A program made the translations under genes and the position numbers. A stretch of DNA of 20,510 nucleotides from Waddliaceae bacterium (GTDB lineage Bacteria; Chlamydiota; Chlamydiia; Chlamydiales; SLFE01): contig CAWAPJ010000037.1 in NCBI GenBank assembly GCA_963783885.1, positions 1-20,510 of the forward strand. The letters run 5' to 3'. This document shows, in pieces, positions 1 through 7,901 of the stretch (position 1 is the stretch's first letter; the number at the start of each line of letters is the position of its first letter). The notes beneath the pieces were generated by a model. That model was not told where the DNA came from. It saw only the letters and a program-made list of their open reading frames with translations, and did not search any database.

Positions 1-546
1 TCCGACCTCCTCGATTTTCCGTCTCGACTTTGCCACAACAACCCTCGTACCGGGATGAACGCCTGCTTTTTCCAGATCTTTTTTGGATTTTCCCGTGAAA
101 ATGTGCATTTCCTCCCATCGCCTGGATTTGTCATCCCCTTTAGGGAGTGAGCGCCACCTTCCCTTGGTTTCCTCGGTAGTGTGGATGCAACCCGCCGATA
201 TGATTCCGGGGAGATTTTTTTTAGCGCCCAAGATCTCGACCGGCCCCTGACCAATGTCTGCGGGAAGAAGGCCGCCGACAGGATTGACCCTCAAGGAGCC
301 GTTGTCGTTGATCCTCTTGACGATCAGGCTCAGCTCGTCCAGATGGGCCATCAGACGCACTGCGCCTCTGGAAGCCTTGCCGCCCTGTATATGGCCGATC
401 AAATTTCCCGCCGCGTCGATCGTCACTTTGTCGCAAAGACCGGTTATACGCTTTTTGCAAAAATTTCTCACTTCCTCTTCCTGGCCGCTCGGTCCGGCAG
501 CCATGACAAGGTTTTGCAAAAGTTCTTTCAGCTCAGGTGTTTTCAT
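1..546 (-). CDS. M42 family metallopeptidase (TET/FrvX-like aminopeptidase), 5' part; runs off the window edge
   Basis: My translation of the - strand from ATG at 546 (alternative ATG at 552) is open to base 1: MKTPELKELLQNLVMAAGPSGQEEEVR...DAAGNLIG...LMAHLDELSLIVKRINDNGSLRVNPVGG...GVHPGT. GPSGxE, DxxGN and AHxDE are M42 hallmarks. It is absent from the ORF track because there is no stop in the window. Confidence 0.9.
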   Translation of the reverse strand, partial: MKTPELKELLQNLVMAAGPSGQEEEVRNFCKKRITGLCDKVTIDAAGNLIGHIQGGKASRGAVRLMAHLDELSLIVKRINDNGSLRVNPVGGLLPADIGQGPVEILGAKKNLPGIISAGCIHTTEETKGRWRSLPKGDDKSRRWEEMHIFTGKSKKDLEKAGVHPGTRVVVAKSRRKIEEVG

Positions 547-560
547 ATGCATCCGTCCGT

Positions 561-590
561 TTGTCGCATAATTAGAAAACATGGTAACAT
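561..590 (+). promoter_or_regulatory. Candidate sigma70-type promoter for the RNA-repair operon
   Basis: TTGTCG (561-566), 18 nt, then TAACAT (585-590) preceded by TGN (extended -10). It ends 7 nt before the GTG at 598. Confidence 0.35.
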
Positions 591-597
591 AGAAGGT

Positions 598-1392
598 GTG
601 GAAAAGAAACGTGTATTTTTTGCCATGGAAAGCCATGCTCCCTGGCCCGAAAAGCTCCCGAAAGGAAAAATCATCCCCGAACCTTCCCGCCACTTAACAC
701 TGGCTTTTTTAGGAAGTGTTGACCTTGAAAACCTCATGGAAAATCTGGAGGATTTTCCCAAACCGTTTTTTGACCTCGGTTTTACCGGAATTTTAGACAA
801 GTGCCTGTTTTTTCCCGAAAAGCGGCCGCGCGTTGTCGCCTGGGGCGTGAACCTTCGCAAAAGGGCAAATGAACTCTTAGCTTTTCATCGCTCTCTGCTC
901 GAATGGATGAAACAGCACGATTACCCTGTCGAAGAGAGGGATTTTAAACCCCACATCACGATTTCGAGAGGACATTTCAATCCGAAAGAGTGGCAAAAGA
1001 GTTTTTACCCGCTCCCCGTGACGCTGACAAATATCCATCTATTTGAGAGCCTGGGAAATTCCGAGTATCGATCGCTGTGGGAGAGCCCCCTTTTCCCTCC
1101 TTATGAAGAGATGGAGCACACAGCAGACATCGCCTTCCGGATCAGGGGGCGTTCGACAAACGAAATTTTCGAACATGCGCTGACAGCTTTAGCGTTCGAG
1201 TGTCCCGAGATTTTACCTTTTGTCAAAAACGACACAGTACCTGTCAGTTTGAACGAAATCATCTTTTCTCTTAACGAAGTCGTTTCCGTCGCCGATGCGG
1301 AAATCGGAGTCCCTTTTAAAGCGGTGAGCTACCATGGCAAGCTTGCCGAAAAAAATCATATTTTAGAATGGGAGATGATTGTCGATGTTTAA
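598..1392 (+). CDS. Fusion of RNA 2',3'-cyclic phosphodiesterase (ThpR/LigT 2H phosphoesterase, ~598-1100) and archease (~1102-1392)
   Basis: The N-domain has RVFFA, HLTLAFLG, RPRVV, FKPHITISR and LFES (two HxT motifs). The C-domain has YEEMEHTADIAFRIRG...IFEHA...KAVSYH...IVDV (archease HTAD, KAxxYH and terminal D-hydrophobic motifs). The start is moved from 181 to the in-frame GTG at 598 because 181-552 overlaps the M42 gene on the other strand. Confidence 0.88.
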   Translation: MEKKRVFFAMESHAPWPEKLPKGKIIPEPSRHLTLAFLGSVDLENLMENLEDFPKPFFDLGFTGILDKCLFFPEKRPRVVAWGVNLRKRANELLAFHRSLLEWMKQHDYPVEERDFKPHITISRGHFNPKEWQKSFYPLPVTLTNIHLFESLGNSEYRSLWESPLFPPYEEMEHTADIAFRIRGRSTNEIFEHALTALAFECPEILPFVKNDTVPVSLNEIIFSLNEVVSVADAEIGVPFKAVSYHGKLAEKNHILEWEMIVDV

Positions 1393-2812
1393 TTTGGAAA
1401 AATTTCAAGAAGGCATGTATCTGCTCCCTAAAGAGGGCGGAATGAAAGTCCCCGGACTTGTTATCGGAACAGAAGAACTCCTAAGCGATATGGAAATGGA
1501 AAAACCCCTTGAGCAAGTCAGAAATGTCGCGACGCTTCAGGGCATTGTCGGCTACAGCATTGCCATGCCCGACATTCATTGGGGTTACGGTTTTCCCATC
1601 GGCGGCGTGGCCGCCATGGATGCCGAGGAGGGAGTGATCAGCCCGGGAGGAGTGGGCTACGACATCAACTGCGGGGTGCGCCTCGCCATCATTTCCATGC
1701 CCTTTAAAGAACTGACGGAAAAACAGAAAAATCACCTGATCAAAGCGATTTTCAAACATGTCCCCTCGGGTGTCGGCAAAGGGCATAAAGGAAAGAAAGG
1801 GTTAGTCGATGCCGATTACAAGCAATTGATCGCAAAGGGGGCGAAATGGTCTGTTGAAAACAGCTTCGGCCTGCCTCAGGACTTAGACCATACCGAAAGC
1901 CACGGCGTTATTGATGGAGCCGACTTTGACGCCATCTCCCCCCATGCGCGCGATCGCGGACGCAAGCAGGTCGGCACCGTCGGTTCCGGCAACCACTTCG
2001 TCGAGATCGGCGAAGTGCAAAAAATCCTGTCCGATGAGATGGCCAACGAGTGGGACATCAAACCGGGAAGCATCTACATTCTGATCCACTCGGGATCGCG
2101 CGGCTTCGGCCACCAGACCTGCCAAGATACACTCGACAGTTTCATGAAATCAGGCTACGACAAGGGCCTTCCCGACCGCCAGCTTGTCGCGGCCCCCATA
2201 AACAGTGATGCCGGCAGGCGCTACTTTGCCGCAATGGCCGCAGCCGCGAACTACGCTTTCAACAACCGCCAGCAAATCCTCCACTATGTCAGAAGGAGCT
2301 TTGCGGAAGTTTTAGGACTTCGCGCTGAAGAGGTGCGGCAAATCTACGATGTCTGCCACAACATTGCCAAATTCGAAACTTATGAAGTCGACGGAAAAAA
2401 ACGAAAGCTTTGCGTCCACAGAAAAGGGGCCACCCGCTCCTTTGGGCCGGGCCATCCCGAACTTGCGCCGATCTTCCAAAAAACGGGACAGCCTGTCCTT
2501 GTTCCAGGAGATATGGGACGCGCCAGCTACCTTCTGGCGGGGCTCGGCAATCCCCTCACCTGGTCGAGCTGCTGCCACGGCGCCGGCAGAGCGCGAAGCC
2601 GCCATAAGTCCATGAAATCCTGGAAGGGAAAAGACCCTGTTCACTATATGGAAGGGCAGGGCGTCATCGTCAAAGCCAATTCCTACCGCACGATTGCCGA
2701 AGAAATGCCCGACGCATATAAAAATGTCGACCAAGTCGTTGAGGCTGTGGATAAAGCCGGCCTTGCAAAAATGGTCGCCAGACTCAAACCGCATCTTGTG
2801 GTTAAAGGATAA
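1385..2812 (+). CDS. rtcB: RtcB 3'-phosphate/2',3'-cyclic-phosphate RNA ligase
   Basis: Motifs MPDIHWGYGFPIGGV, SPGGVGYDINCGVR, GSGNHFVE, HSGSRGFGH, HNIAK, VHRKGATR, PGDMG, CHGAGR, EEMPDAYK and C-terminal KG. The ATG at 1385 overlaps the upstream stop, with GGAG at 1371-1374. Confidence 0.97.
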   Translation: MFNLEKFQEGMYLLPKEGGMKVPGLVIGTEELLSDMEMEKPLEQVRNVATLQGIVGYSIAMPDIHWGYGFPIGGVAAMDAEEGVISPGGVGYDINCGVRLAIISMPFKELTEKQKNHLIKAIFKHVPSGVGKGHKGKKGLVDADYKQLIAKGAKWSVENSFGLPQDLDHTESHGVIDGADFDAISPHARDRGRKQVGTVGSGNHFVEIGEVQKILSDEMANEWDIKPGSIYILIHSGSRGFGHQTCQDTLDSFMKSGYDKGLPDRQLVAAPINSDAGRRYFAAMAAAANYAFNNRQQILHYVRRSFAEVLGLRAEEVRQIYDVCHNIAKFETYEVDGKKRKLCVHRKGATRSFGPGHPELAPIFQKTGQPVLVPGDMGRASYLLAGLGNPLTWSSCCHGAGRARSRHKSMKSWKGKDPVHYMEGQGVIVKANSYRTIAEEMPDAYKNVDQVVEAVDKAGLAKMVARLKPHLVVKG

Positions 2813-2831
2813 ATCCGATAATAGTGAAGTT

Positions 2832-3791
2832 ATGGCGAAATGGGCTATTGGAGTGGATTTAGGGGGGACAAAAATCGAAATTGCCAATGTCGACGACAAA
2901 GGCAATGTAGTCGATCGTATCCGCGTTCACACCGACGTCAAAGGGGGCTCTTCTGCGATCGAAGAACAGATCAAAGAAGCTGTCCGACAGCTTTGCGAAA
3001 AAAACGATGACGACCCGGTTGGCATCGGCGTTGGCGTCGCCGCTCAAATAGACGCCGACCAAGGGGTCATCCGAAACGCACCCAACCTCAATTGGCAGGA
3101 TGTCCCTTTCCAGGAAAATCTGAAAACTCTCACGAAACTCGATGTCACGATCACAAACGACGTCAGAGCCGCCGCCTGGGGCGAGTGGCTCCACGGCGCC
3201 GGCAAAGAAACCACCGACATGATCTGCATGTTTGTCGGCACGGGCGTCGGCGGAGGCGTCGTGTGCAATAACCAGATGGTCAACGGATGCAGCAATACTG
3301 CAGGCGAGATCGGCCACATGACAGTCCGCGGCCACGGTCTCAAGTGTTCCTGCGGGAATATCGGCTGCCTCGAATCGTTTGCGGGAGGATGGGCCATCGC
3401 CAAACGGGCCCAGCAAGCCGTCCAATCCGACAGAAAGGCAGGGATTCCATTAGTGGAGCTTGCCGGAGGAGAAGTCGACAACATCACGGCCAAGCTTGTC
3501 TCTGAAGCCTACCATCAAGGCGATCTCCTCGCCAAACACCTCGTCCGGGAAACCCGCGAAGTTCTGATCGACTCTTGCAGCGGCCTTGTCAACGCCTTCA
3601 ACCCCTGCCGCTTTATTCTGGGAGGAGGCGTTATAGAAGGCCTTCCCGAGCTTGTCGAACAGATCGAAAAAGGGGTCAGGGAAAAAGCCCTGGCAGTCGC
3701 CAGCCAACGCCTCTCCTTCCTGCACGCCGCCCTCGGAGGTGACGCCGGAGTCATCGGTGCTGCCGCCCTCGCTTTAAAAACTTTTTCATAA
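2832..3791 (+). CDS. ROK family sugar kinase (glucokinase-like)
   Basis: GVDLGGT, NDVRAAAWGE, GTGVGGG, GEIGH and the CxCGxxGCLE zinc motif. The ATG at 2832 lies 19 nt after the rtcB stop, and there is no N-terminal HTH. Confidence 0.93.
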   Translation: MAKWAIGVDLGGTKIEIANVDDKGNVVDRIRVHTDVKGGSSAIEEQIKEAVRQLCEKNDDDPVGIGVGVAAQIDADQGVIRNAPNLNWQDVPFQENLKTLTKLDVTITNDVRAAAWGEWLHGAGKETTDMICMFVGTGVGGGVVCNNQMVNGCSNTAGEIGHMTVRGHGLKCSCGNIGCLESFAGGWAIAKRAQQAVQSDRKAGIPLVELAGGEVDNITAKLVSEAYHQGDLLAKHLVRETREVLIDSCSGLVNAFNPCRFILGGGVIEGLPELVEQIEKGVREKALAVASQRLSFLHAALGGDAGVIGAAALALKTFS

Positions 3792-3801
3792 ATAATTGAT
3801 A

Positions 3802-3830
3802 TTGAACTCATTTCAACATTTTTGTATAAT
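3802..3830 (+). promoter_or_regulatory. Sigma70/sigma66-type promoter for the DMT gene, with a TTGAA-N5-TTCAA inverted repeat over the -35
   Basis: TTGAAC (3802-3807), 17 nt, TATAAT (3825-3830). The ATG is at 3839 with no SD sequence. The inverted repeat spans 3802-3816. Confidence 0.6.
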
Positions 3831-3838
3831 TTAACACT

Positions 3839-4798
3839 ATGTTCAACACTTTAGGCATAATCTTCGCAATTCTGGCCTGCGCCTGCTGGGGGCTTAGCAT
3901 GATCTGTCCAGTTTTGGCGCCGGAATTCTCGGCCATCGAGATAACGCTGGGCCGCTACTTCTTCTATGGCCTGATATGCGCCTGCCTTTGGGCCAGGCAT
4001 CTGGTCAAAAGCCGAAAATTGCACTCATGGCGCATTTGGAGAAAAGCGCTCATCTTTGCACTGACAGGAAATCTGGTCTATTACGCTCTTGAAGTCATCG
4101 GCGTCAAGTTGATCGGCCCTTCCATGGTCGCGCTGCTTTTTGCTGTCAATCCGATATGCGTCAGCCTCTACGGCAACCTTTTGGGCAAAGAAGTCCCCTA
4201 TTCAATGATACTTTTCCCACTGGCCATGGTGGGGACCGGCTTTTTATTCGTCCACGTCAACGATCTCAAGCTGGACGCTTCGATAAGCGGCGGGTCTTTT
4301 ACAGTCGGAGTCTTATTCACAGTCGCCTCCATTGCGATGTGGGCCTGGTATGCCGTGCACAACGCCCGTTTTTTGAAAAGCGAACCCGATCTGGAGTATA
4401 ATGATTTCAATATGCTCATCGGAGTCTGGTGTTTGGTTCTCACCTTAGCCGCACTCCCCTTTGCCGCTTTCTTGCCTAAGGAAGCCGTGCACTTCGCATC
4501 CTATTCGCTCAAATCACAGGAATTGATTTGGTTTTTAACCGCCACGCTTTTACTTGGGCTCTTCGCCTCTTATATGGGAACTTTTTTCTGGCAGCGCGCC
4601 TCTCGCATGCTGCCGGTCACTGTAGCCGGTCAAATTATCGTTGCCGAAACCTGCTGCGGACTCCTCTACACCTACATCCACCAGCAGAGATTCCCCCTCC
4701 TCTACGAACTTGCCGGCTTCACTCTGGTGATCGCCGGGGTCCTTGTTTCCCTCCGCCGCATCCAAAAATACCAAATGAAAGTGAAAGTACGTCCGTAA
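3839..4798 (+). CDS. DMT/EamA family inner-membrane transporter
   Basis: 319 aa with about 10 hydrophobic segments in two repeats. It has ACACWG near the N-terminus, ITLGRY, WAWYAVHN and WQRASRMLP. Confidence 0.88.
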   Translation: MFNTLGIIFAILACACWGLSMICPVLAPEFSAIEITLGRYFFYGLICACLWARHLVKSRKLHSWRIWRKALIFALTGNLVYYALEVIGVKLIGPSMVALLFAVNPICVSLYGNLLGKEVPYSMILFPLAMVGTGFLFVHVNDLKLDASISGGSFTVGVLFTVASIAMWAWYAVHNARFLKSEPDLEYNDFNMLIGVWCLVLTLAALPFAAFLPKEAVHFASYSLKSQELIWFLTATLLLGLFASYMGTFFWQRASRMLPVTVAGQIIVAETCCGLLYTYIHQQRFPLLYELAGFTLVIAGVLVSLRRIQKYQMKVKVRP

Positions 4799-4962
4799 GA
4801 GCCACTTGCAAAAACTCCGGCAAAATCGACTTTTGAGCTACTTTGCCGACCTTTATTATTTGGCGCAAATTCACATACTCTTAAGAGTAGGAAATTTGCT
4901 CCAAATAACAAAGGTCGGTGAAAGAGCCAAAAAGCGGTCTGCCAGAGTTTTGCAAGTGGCTC
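4799..4962. mobile_element. 164-bp palindromic MITE-like element
   Basis: Perfect 15-bp terminal inverted repeats GAGCCACTTGCAAAA (4799-4813) / TTTTGCAAGTGGCTC (4948-4962). Inner arms 4846-4871 / 4893-4918 match at 24 of 26 positions. The central palindrome is TACTCTTAAGAGTA (4876-4889). It fills the gap between two convergent stop codons. Confidence 0.65.
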
Positions 4963-4963
4963 C

Positions 4964-6244
4964 TTAGTTTAATTCGGATTTGCCTTCGCGAAGCAAGCGG
5001 GGTTGTTTGTCGATCGGTTCGAGAGCCTCGATCTCTTGATCGGTACCGGCGCCGGTCTCCTTCAGCTTGCGGGCTGTCACTAAGATACGGGATTCAAACG
5101 ACCCGACCCCTTTGTTGTAGGCGTCAATCGTTCTTTCAAGCCCCTTTCTCATTTCAACAAAGTGATTGGCAAGGATATGCACTCTTTCGTAAAGCTGGCG
5201 CCCCAGCTGGCTGATTTGCTGGGCGTTTTTCGCGATCAGCTCCTGACGCCAGCCGTAAGCTACGGCGCGGAGCAGGGAGATAAGCGTTGTCGGAGTCGCG
5301 AGAATGACTCTTTGCTCAACGCCATACTCGATGAGGCTCGGATCCATTTCCAGAGCCGCTGAAAAGAAGGTCTCCCCCGGAAGAAACAGAACGACAAATT
5401 CAGGAGCCGATTGAAACTGGTCCCAGTAAGACTTGGAAGCTAGCTGGGTGATATGGGTCCTGACATGCTTGGCATGCTCGAGAAGCTTGGTTTTCCTCAC
5501 TTCCTCGTCTTCGGTTTCCAAGGCTTCCAGATACCCCATAAGTGGAGTTTTTGAATCGACCACAATTTCCTTCCCGCCGGGTAGTTTGACGACCATATCA
5601 GGCCTGAGCCGCCCATCTTCATTGGAACGGGTCTCCTGCTGATTAAAATCGCAATGCTCGACCATCCCTGAAATTTCAACCACGCGGCGAAGCTGCATCT
5701 CACCCCACCGCCCTCTGACTGTCGGGGCCCTCAGCGCTTTCACAAGATTGGCCGTTTCGCTCTGCAGGCGGTACTGTGCTGTCGCCAAGTTTTTAAATTG
5801 TTCGGTAAAACTCGTTTGCGTCGTCGCCAGTGTTTTTTTCAGCTCTTCGTTGGTTACGTGTGTCTTGTCCAAAGATTCTTTGATCGGCTTCATCAGCTCG
5901 TCGATCGCTTTTTGACGGTGATTTAAATCGAGCCTGGCCCCTTCCTGAAATTTTTCCAGTTTTGCGGTCGCCAGTTCCAGAAACGACTTGGAATTTTCCT
6001 TCAAGGCATCCGAAGAGAGAAGCTTGAAAGAGTCGGATAGCTGCTTCTTAGCCTCATTCAAGATTCTGATCTTTTCCTCCGCCGCCTTCTTCTCCTGCTC
6101 GATCAAAGTCTCGAGCTCCACAACCCGCGATTGAAGGCGGCTTCTCTCCTCAAGCAATCGCTCCTTTCGGCGATAAAACATCTGTTCACGAAAAAAAAGA
6201 AAAACAATTAAGGCTAAAACGACAACCCCAAAACCATAGATCAT
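4964..6244 (-). CDS. rmuC: DNA recombination protein RmuC
   Basis: N-terminal TM helix and coiled coil, then [38 protein letters not shown] and [18 protein letters not shown] upstream. Confidence 0.95.
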   Translation of the reverse strand: MIYGFGVVVLALIVFLFFREQMFYRRKERLLEERSRLQSRVVELETLIEQEKKAAEEKIRILNEAKKQLSDSFKLLSSDALKENSKSFLELATAKLEKFQEGARLDLNHRQKAIDELMKPIKESLDKTHVTNEELKKTLATTQTSFTEQFKNLATAQYRLQSETANLVKALRAPTVRGRWGEMQLRRVVEISGMVEHCDFNQQETRSNEDGRLRPDMVVKLPGGKEIVVDSKTPLMGYLEALETEDEEVRKTKLLEHAKHVRTHITQLASKSYWDQFQSAPEFVVLFLPGETFFSAALEMDPSLIEYGVEQRVILATPTTLISLLRAVAYGWRQELIAKNAQQISQLGRQLYERVHILANHFVEMRKGLERTIDAYNKGVGSFESRILVTARKLKETGAGTDQEIEALEPIDKQPRLLREGKSELN

Positions 6245-6284
6245 ATGAATCCCTCCGATGGGTCTATCTTAACATGGTGAACCA

Positions 6285-7796
6285 TCATAATTCAATTGGA
6301 AGGAATCTCTTAAGAAAAAGACGAATTTTATAGAAGATTTTTTTTAGCCTGCTGATTTTGGCGCCACGCTGTTTCAGATCATTGTAGACCTTCTTATGGT
6401 TGAATCTGTAAGCGTACCAAATAGGCGTGTTGCCGAATTTATTGTTGGGCTCAAAATCAGCTTCTTTTTCGATAAGAAGGCTTACAATATCGAGATGTCC
6501 CTTCCGAGCGGCAATAGTAAGAGCCGTTGCTCCTTTAACTTTTTTATTGATATCTGCCCCTTTTTCAATGAGGAGCTTGACCACATCAAGATGGCCTTCC
6601 GAGACTGCTGACATTAGAGGGGTATGTCCATAATTTCCCAACGCATTGACATCAGCCCCCGCATCAATTAATGAACTCACCAAGCCTTTATTGCGAGCTC
6701 TTGCAGCCATATATAAAGGCGTGGGTCCCTTTTGCGTTTTTCTATTAATAAAGCTTTTAGTCAATTTCGGCGGTGTAATTTGAAGCTTTTCTTGTGAAAT
6801 TACATATATATAAAGAGCCTGATCCTCTGCGCGCAAAGAGCATATGATTCTCCTTGCGAGATCTTTCATGCCGGAATCTACATTGATAACCTTTCTGAAA
6901 CAGTTATTCGAATCATAAAAATAAGCGTTCTTCCCCTCAAATGATACGCTGACGATATGGGCTTCGCCACCGATAAGCAGATACTTTTTGGCAGCAGGGT
7001 TTGCCTTGCCGACATTTTCTAAAAAATTTGTCAACTCCACAGAACTAAAGTAACCGGTACATTGCTCTTGGTAGTCAAGCTTTTTGATATCGTCTTTATC
7101 TGTAACAATTTTCAAGACTTCAAGTGGGAAAGCTTGATTCCTTTCAAGAAATTCTGCTTGCAAATATAAAAGATCATTGACCAGATGTTCAAATTCCTTT
7201 TGATCTTTAGTCAAATCTTCGTATTTTTTAGAGGACAATGATTTCCATTGACTGACGTCAATGGAAATCACACGTTGCAAACGACGATAAAATTCATCAG
7301 GCTTACCAAGAAAAAAGTAATACATATGCAAAAGACAAAAGCCAAAGCAAAGACCGCCTATCTTTTTCATAGGTCTTCCTCTTAGGTGCATATATTTGAG
7401 AATTATTTTGTTAATCTTATCCTGGTCAATGGGCAAGAGATTGCGCAATTCTTCGGATTTTTCTTTGCCTGCCTTTTTTTCGAAGTGCTTAAGCACTTGA
7501 TGCCTCATATATTGACTTTCAATCTGGAAACACTCCGAAGCGATATCCCGGAGATTGGAATCCTTAAACAAAACTAAAGCATGGCCAAAATGGCGAAGAT
7601 TTTCAATTTCATTGATCTTGGCGGCATCTTGGTTTTTTAGAATAACAGAATTAGTGAGGATTTTATCCAAGCAACTTACCCAAAAGGTATCACCTGAAAA
7701 TATCCGGTTTGCCAGCTCGTCCAAAACATCCTCACATCGAGATTGTTCTGACGATTGCTGCTGCTTATTGATTGAATTATTTTCTATAGGATTCAT
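6285..7796 (-). CDS. Putative effector: YopT/C58-like cysteine protease domain + 4 C-terminal ankyrin repeats
   Basis: Ankyrin repeats GPTPLYMAA, GHTPLMSAV..GHLDVVKLLIEKGADIN, GATALTIAA and GNTPIWYA. Candidate catalytic triad GGLC150FG, AH280IVSV, YFYD295SN. Confidence 0.8.
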   Translation of the reverse strand: MNPIENNSINKQQQSSEQSRCEDVLDELANRIFSGDTFWVSCLDKILTNSVILKNQDAAKINEIENLRHFGHALVLFKDSNLRDIASECFQIESQYMRHQVLKHFEKKAGKEKSEELRNLLPIDQDKINKIILKYMHLRGRPMKKIGGLCFGFCLLHMYYFFLGKPDEFYRRLQRVISIDVSQWKSLSSKKYEDLTKDQKEFEHLVNDLLYLQAEFLERNQAFPLEVLKIVTDKDDIKKLDYQEQCTGYFSSVELTNFLENVGKANPAAKKYLLIGGEAHIVSVSFEGKNAYFYDSNNCFRKVINVDSGMKDLARRIICSLRAEDQALYIYVISQEKLQITPPKLTKSFINRKTQKGPTPLYMAARARNKGLVSSLIDAGADVNALGNYGHTPLMSAVSEGHLDVVKLLIEKGADINKKVKGATALTIAARKGHLDIVSLLIEKEADFEPNNKFGNTPIWYAYRFNHKKVYNDLKQRGAKISRLKKIFYKIRLFLKRFLPIEL

Positions 7797-7901
7797 TGAA
7801 CGCTTATTTTTAATTAAAAAATAAATTATAACAATTAATTATTAAGAAAAAATTAATATAGATTTATCATTTCTTAACAGATTCCCTATATCATTTAAAA
7901 A

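Noticed and set aside
181..597. N-terminal extension of the ThpR-archease ORF
   Set aside because: It overlaps the motif-bearing M42 peptidase on the opposite strand, and ThpR homology starts at RVFFA.
2694..2831. Longer start for the ROK kinase
   Set aside because: It overlaps rtcB by more than 100 nt. ROK homology begins right after the ATG at 2832.
4799..4962. Simple rho-independent terminator, tRNA or Y-RNA partner of RtcB
   Set aside because: It is too long and symmetric over its whole length, with no cloverleaf or T-loop motifs and no clear U-tract after a short GC stem.
221..6633. Numerous short antisense or alternate-frame ORFs in the track
   Set aside because: They lie within well-supported genes and show no recognisable motifs.
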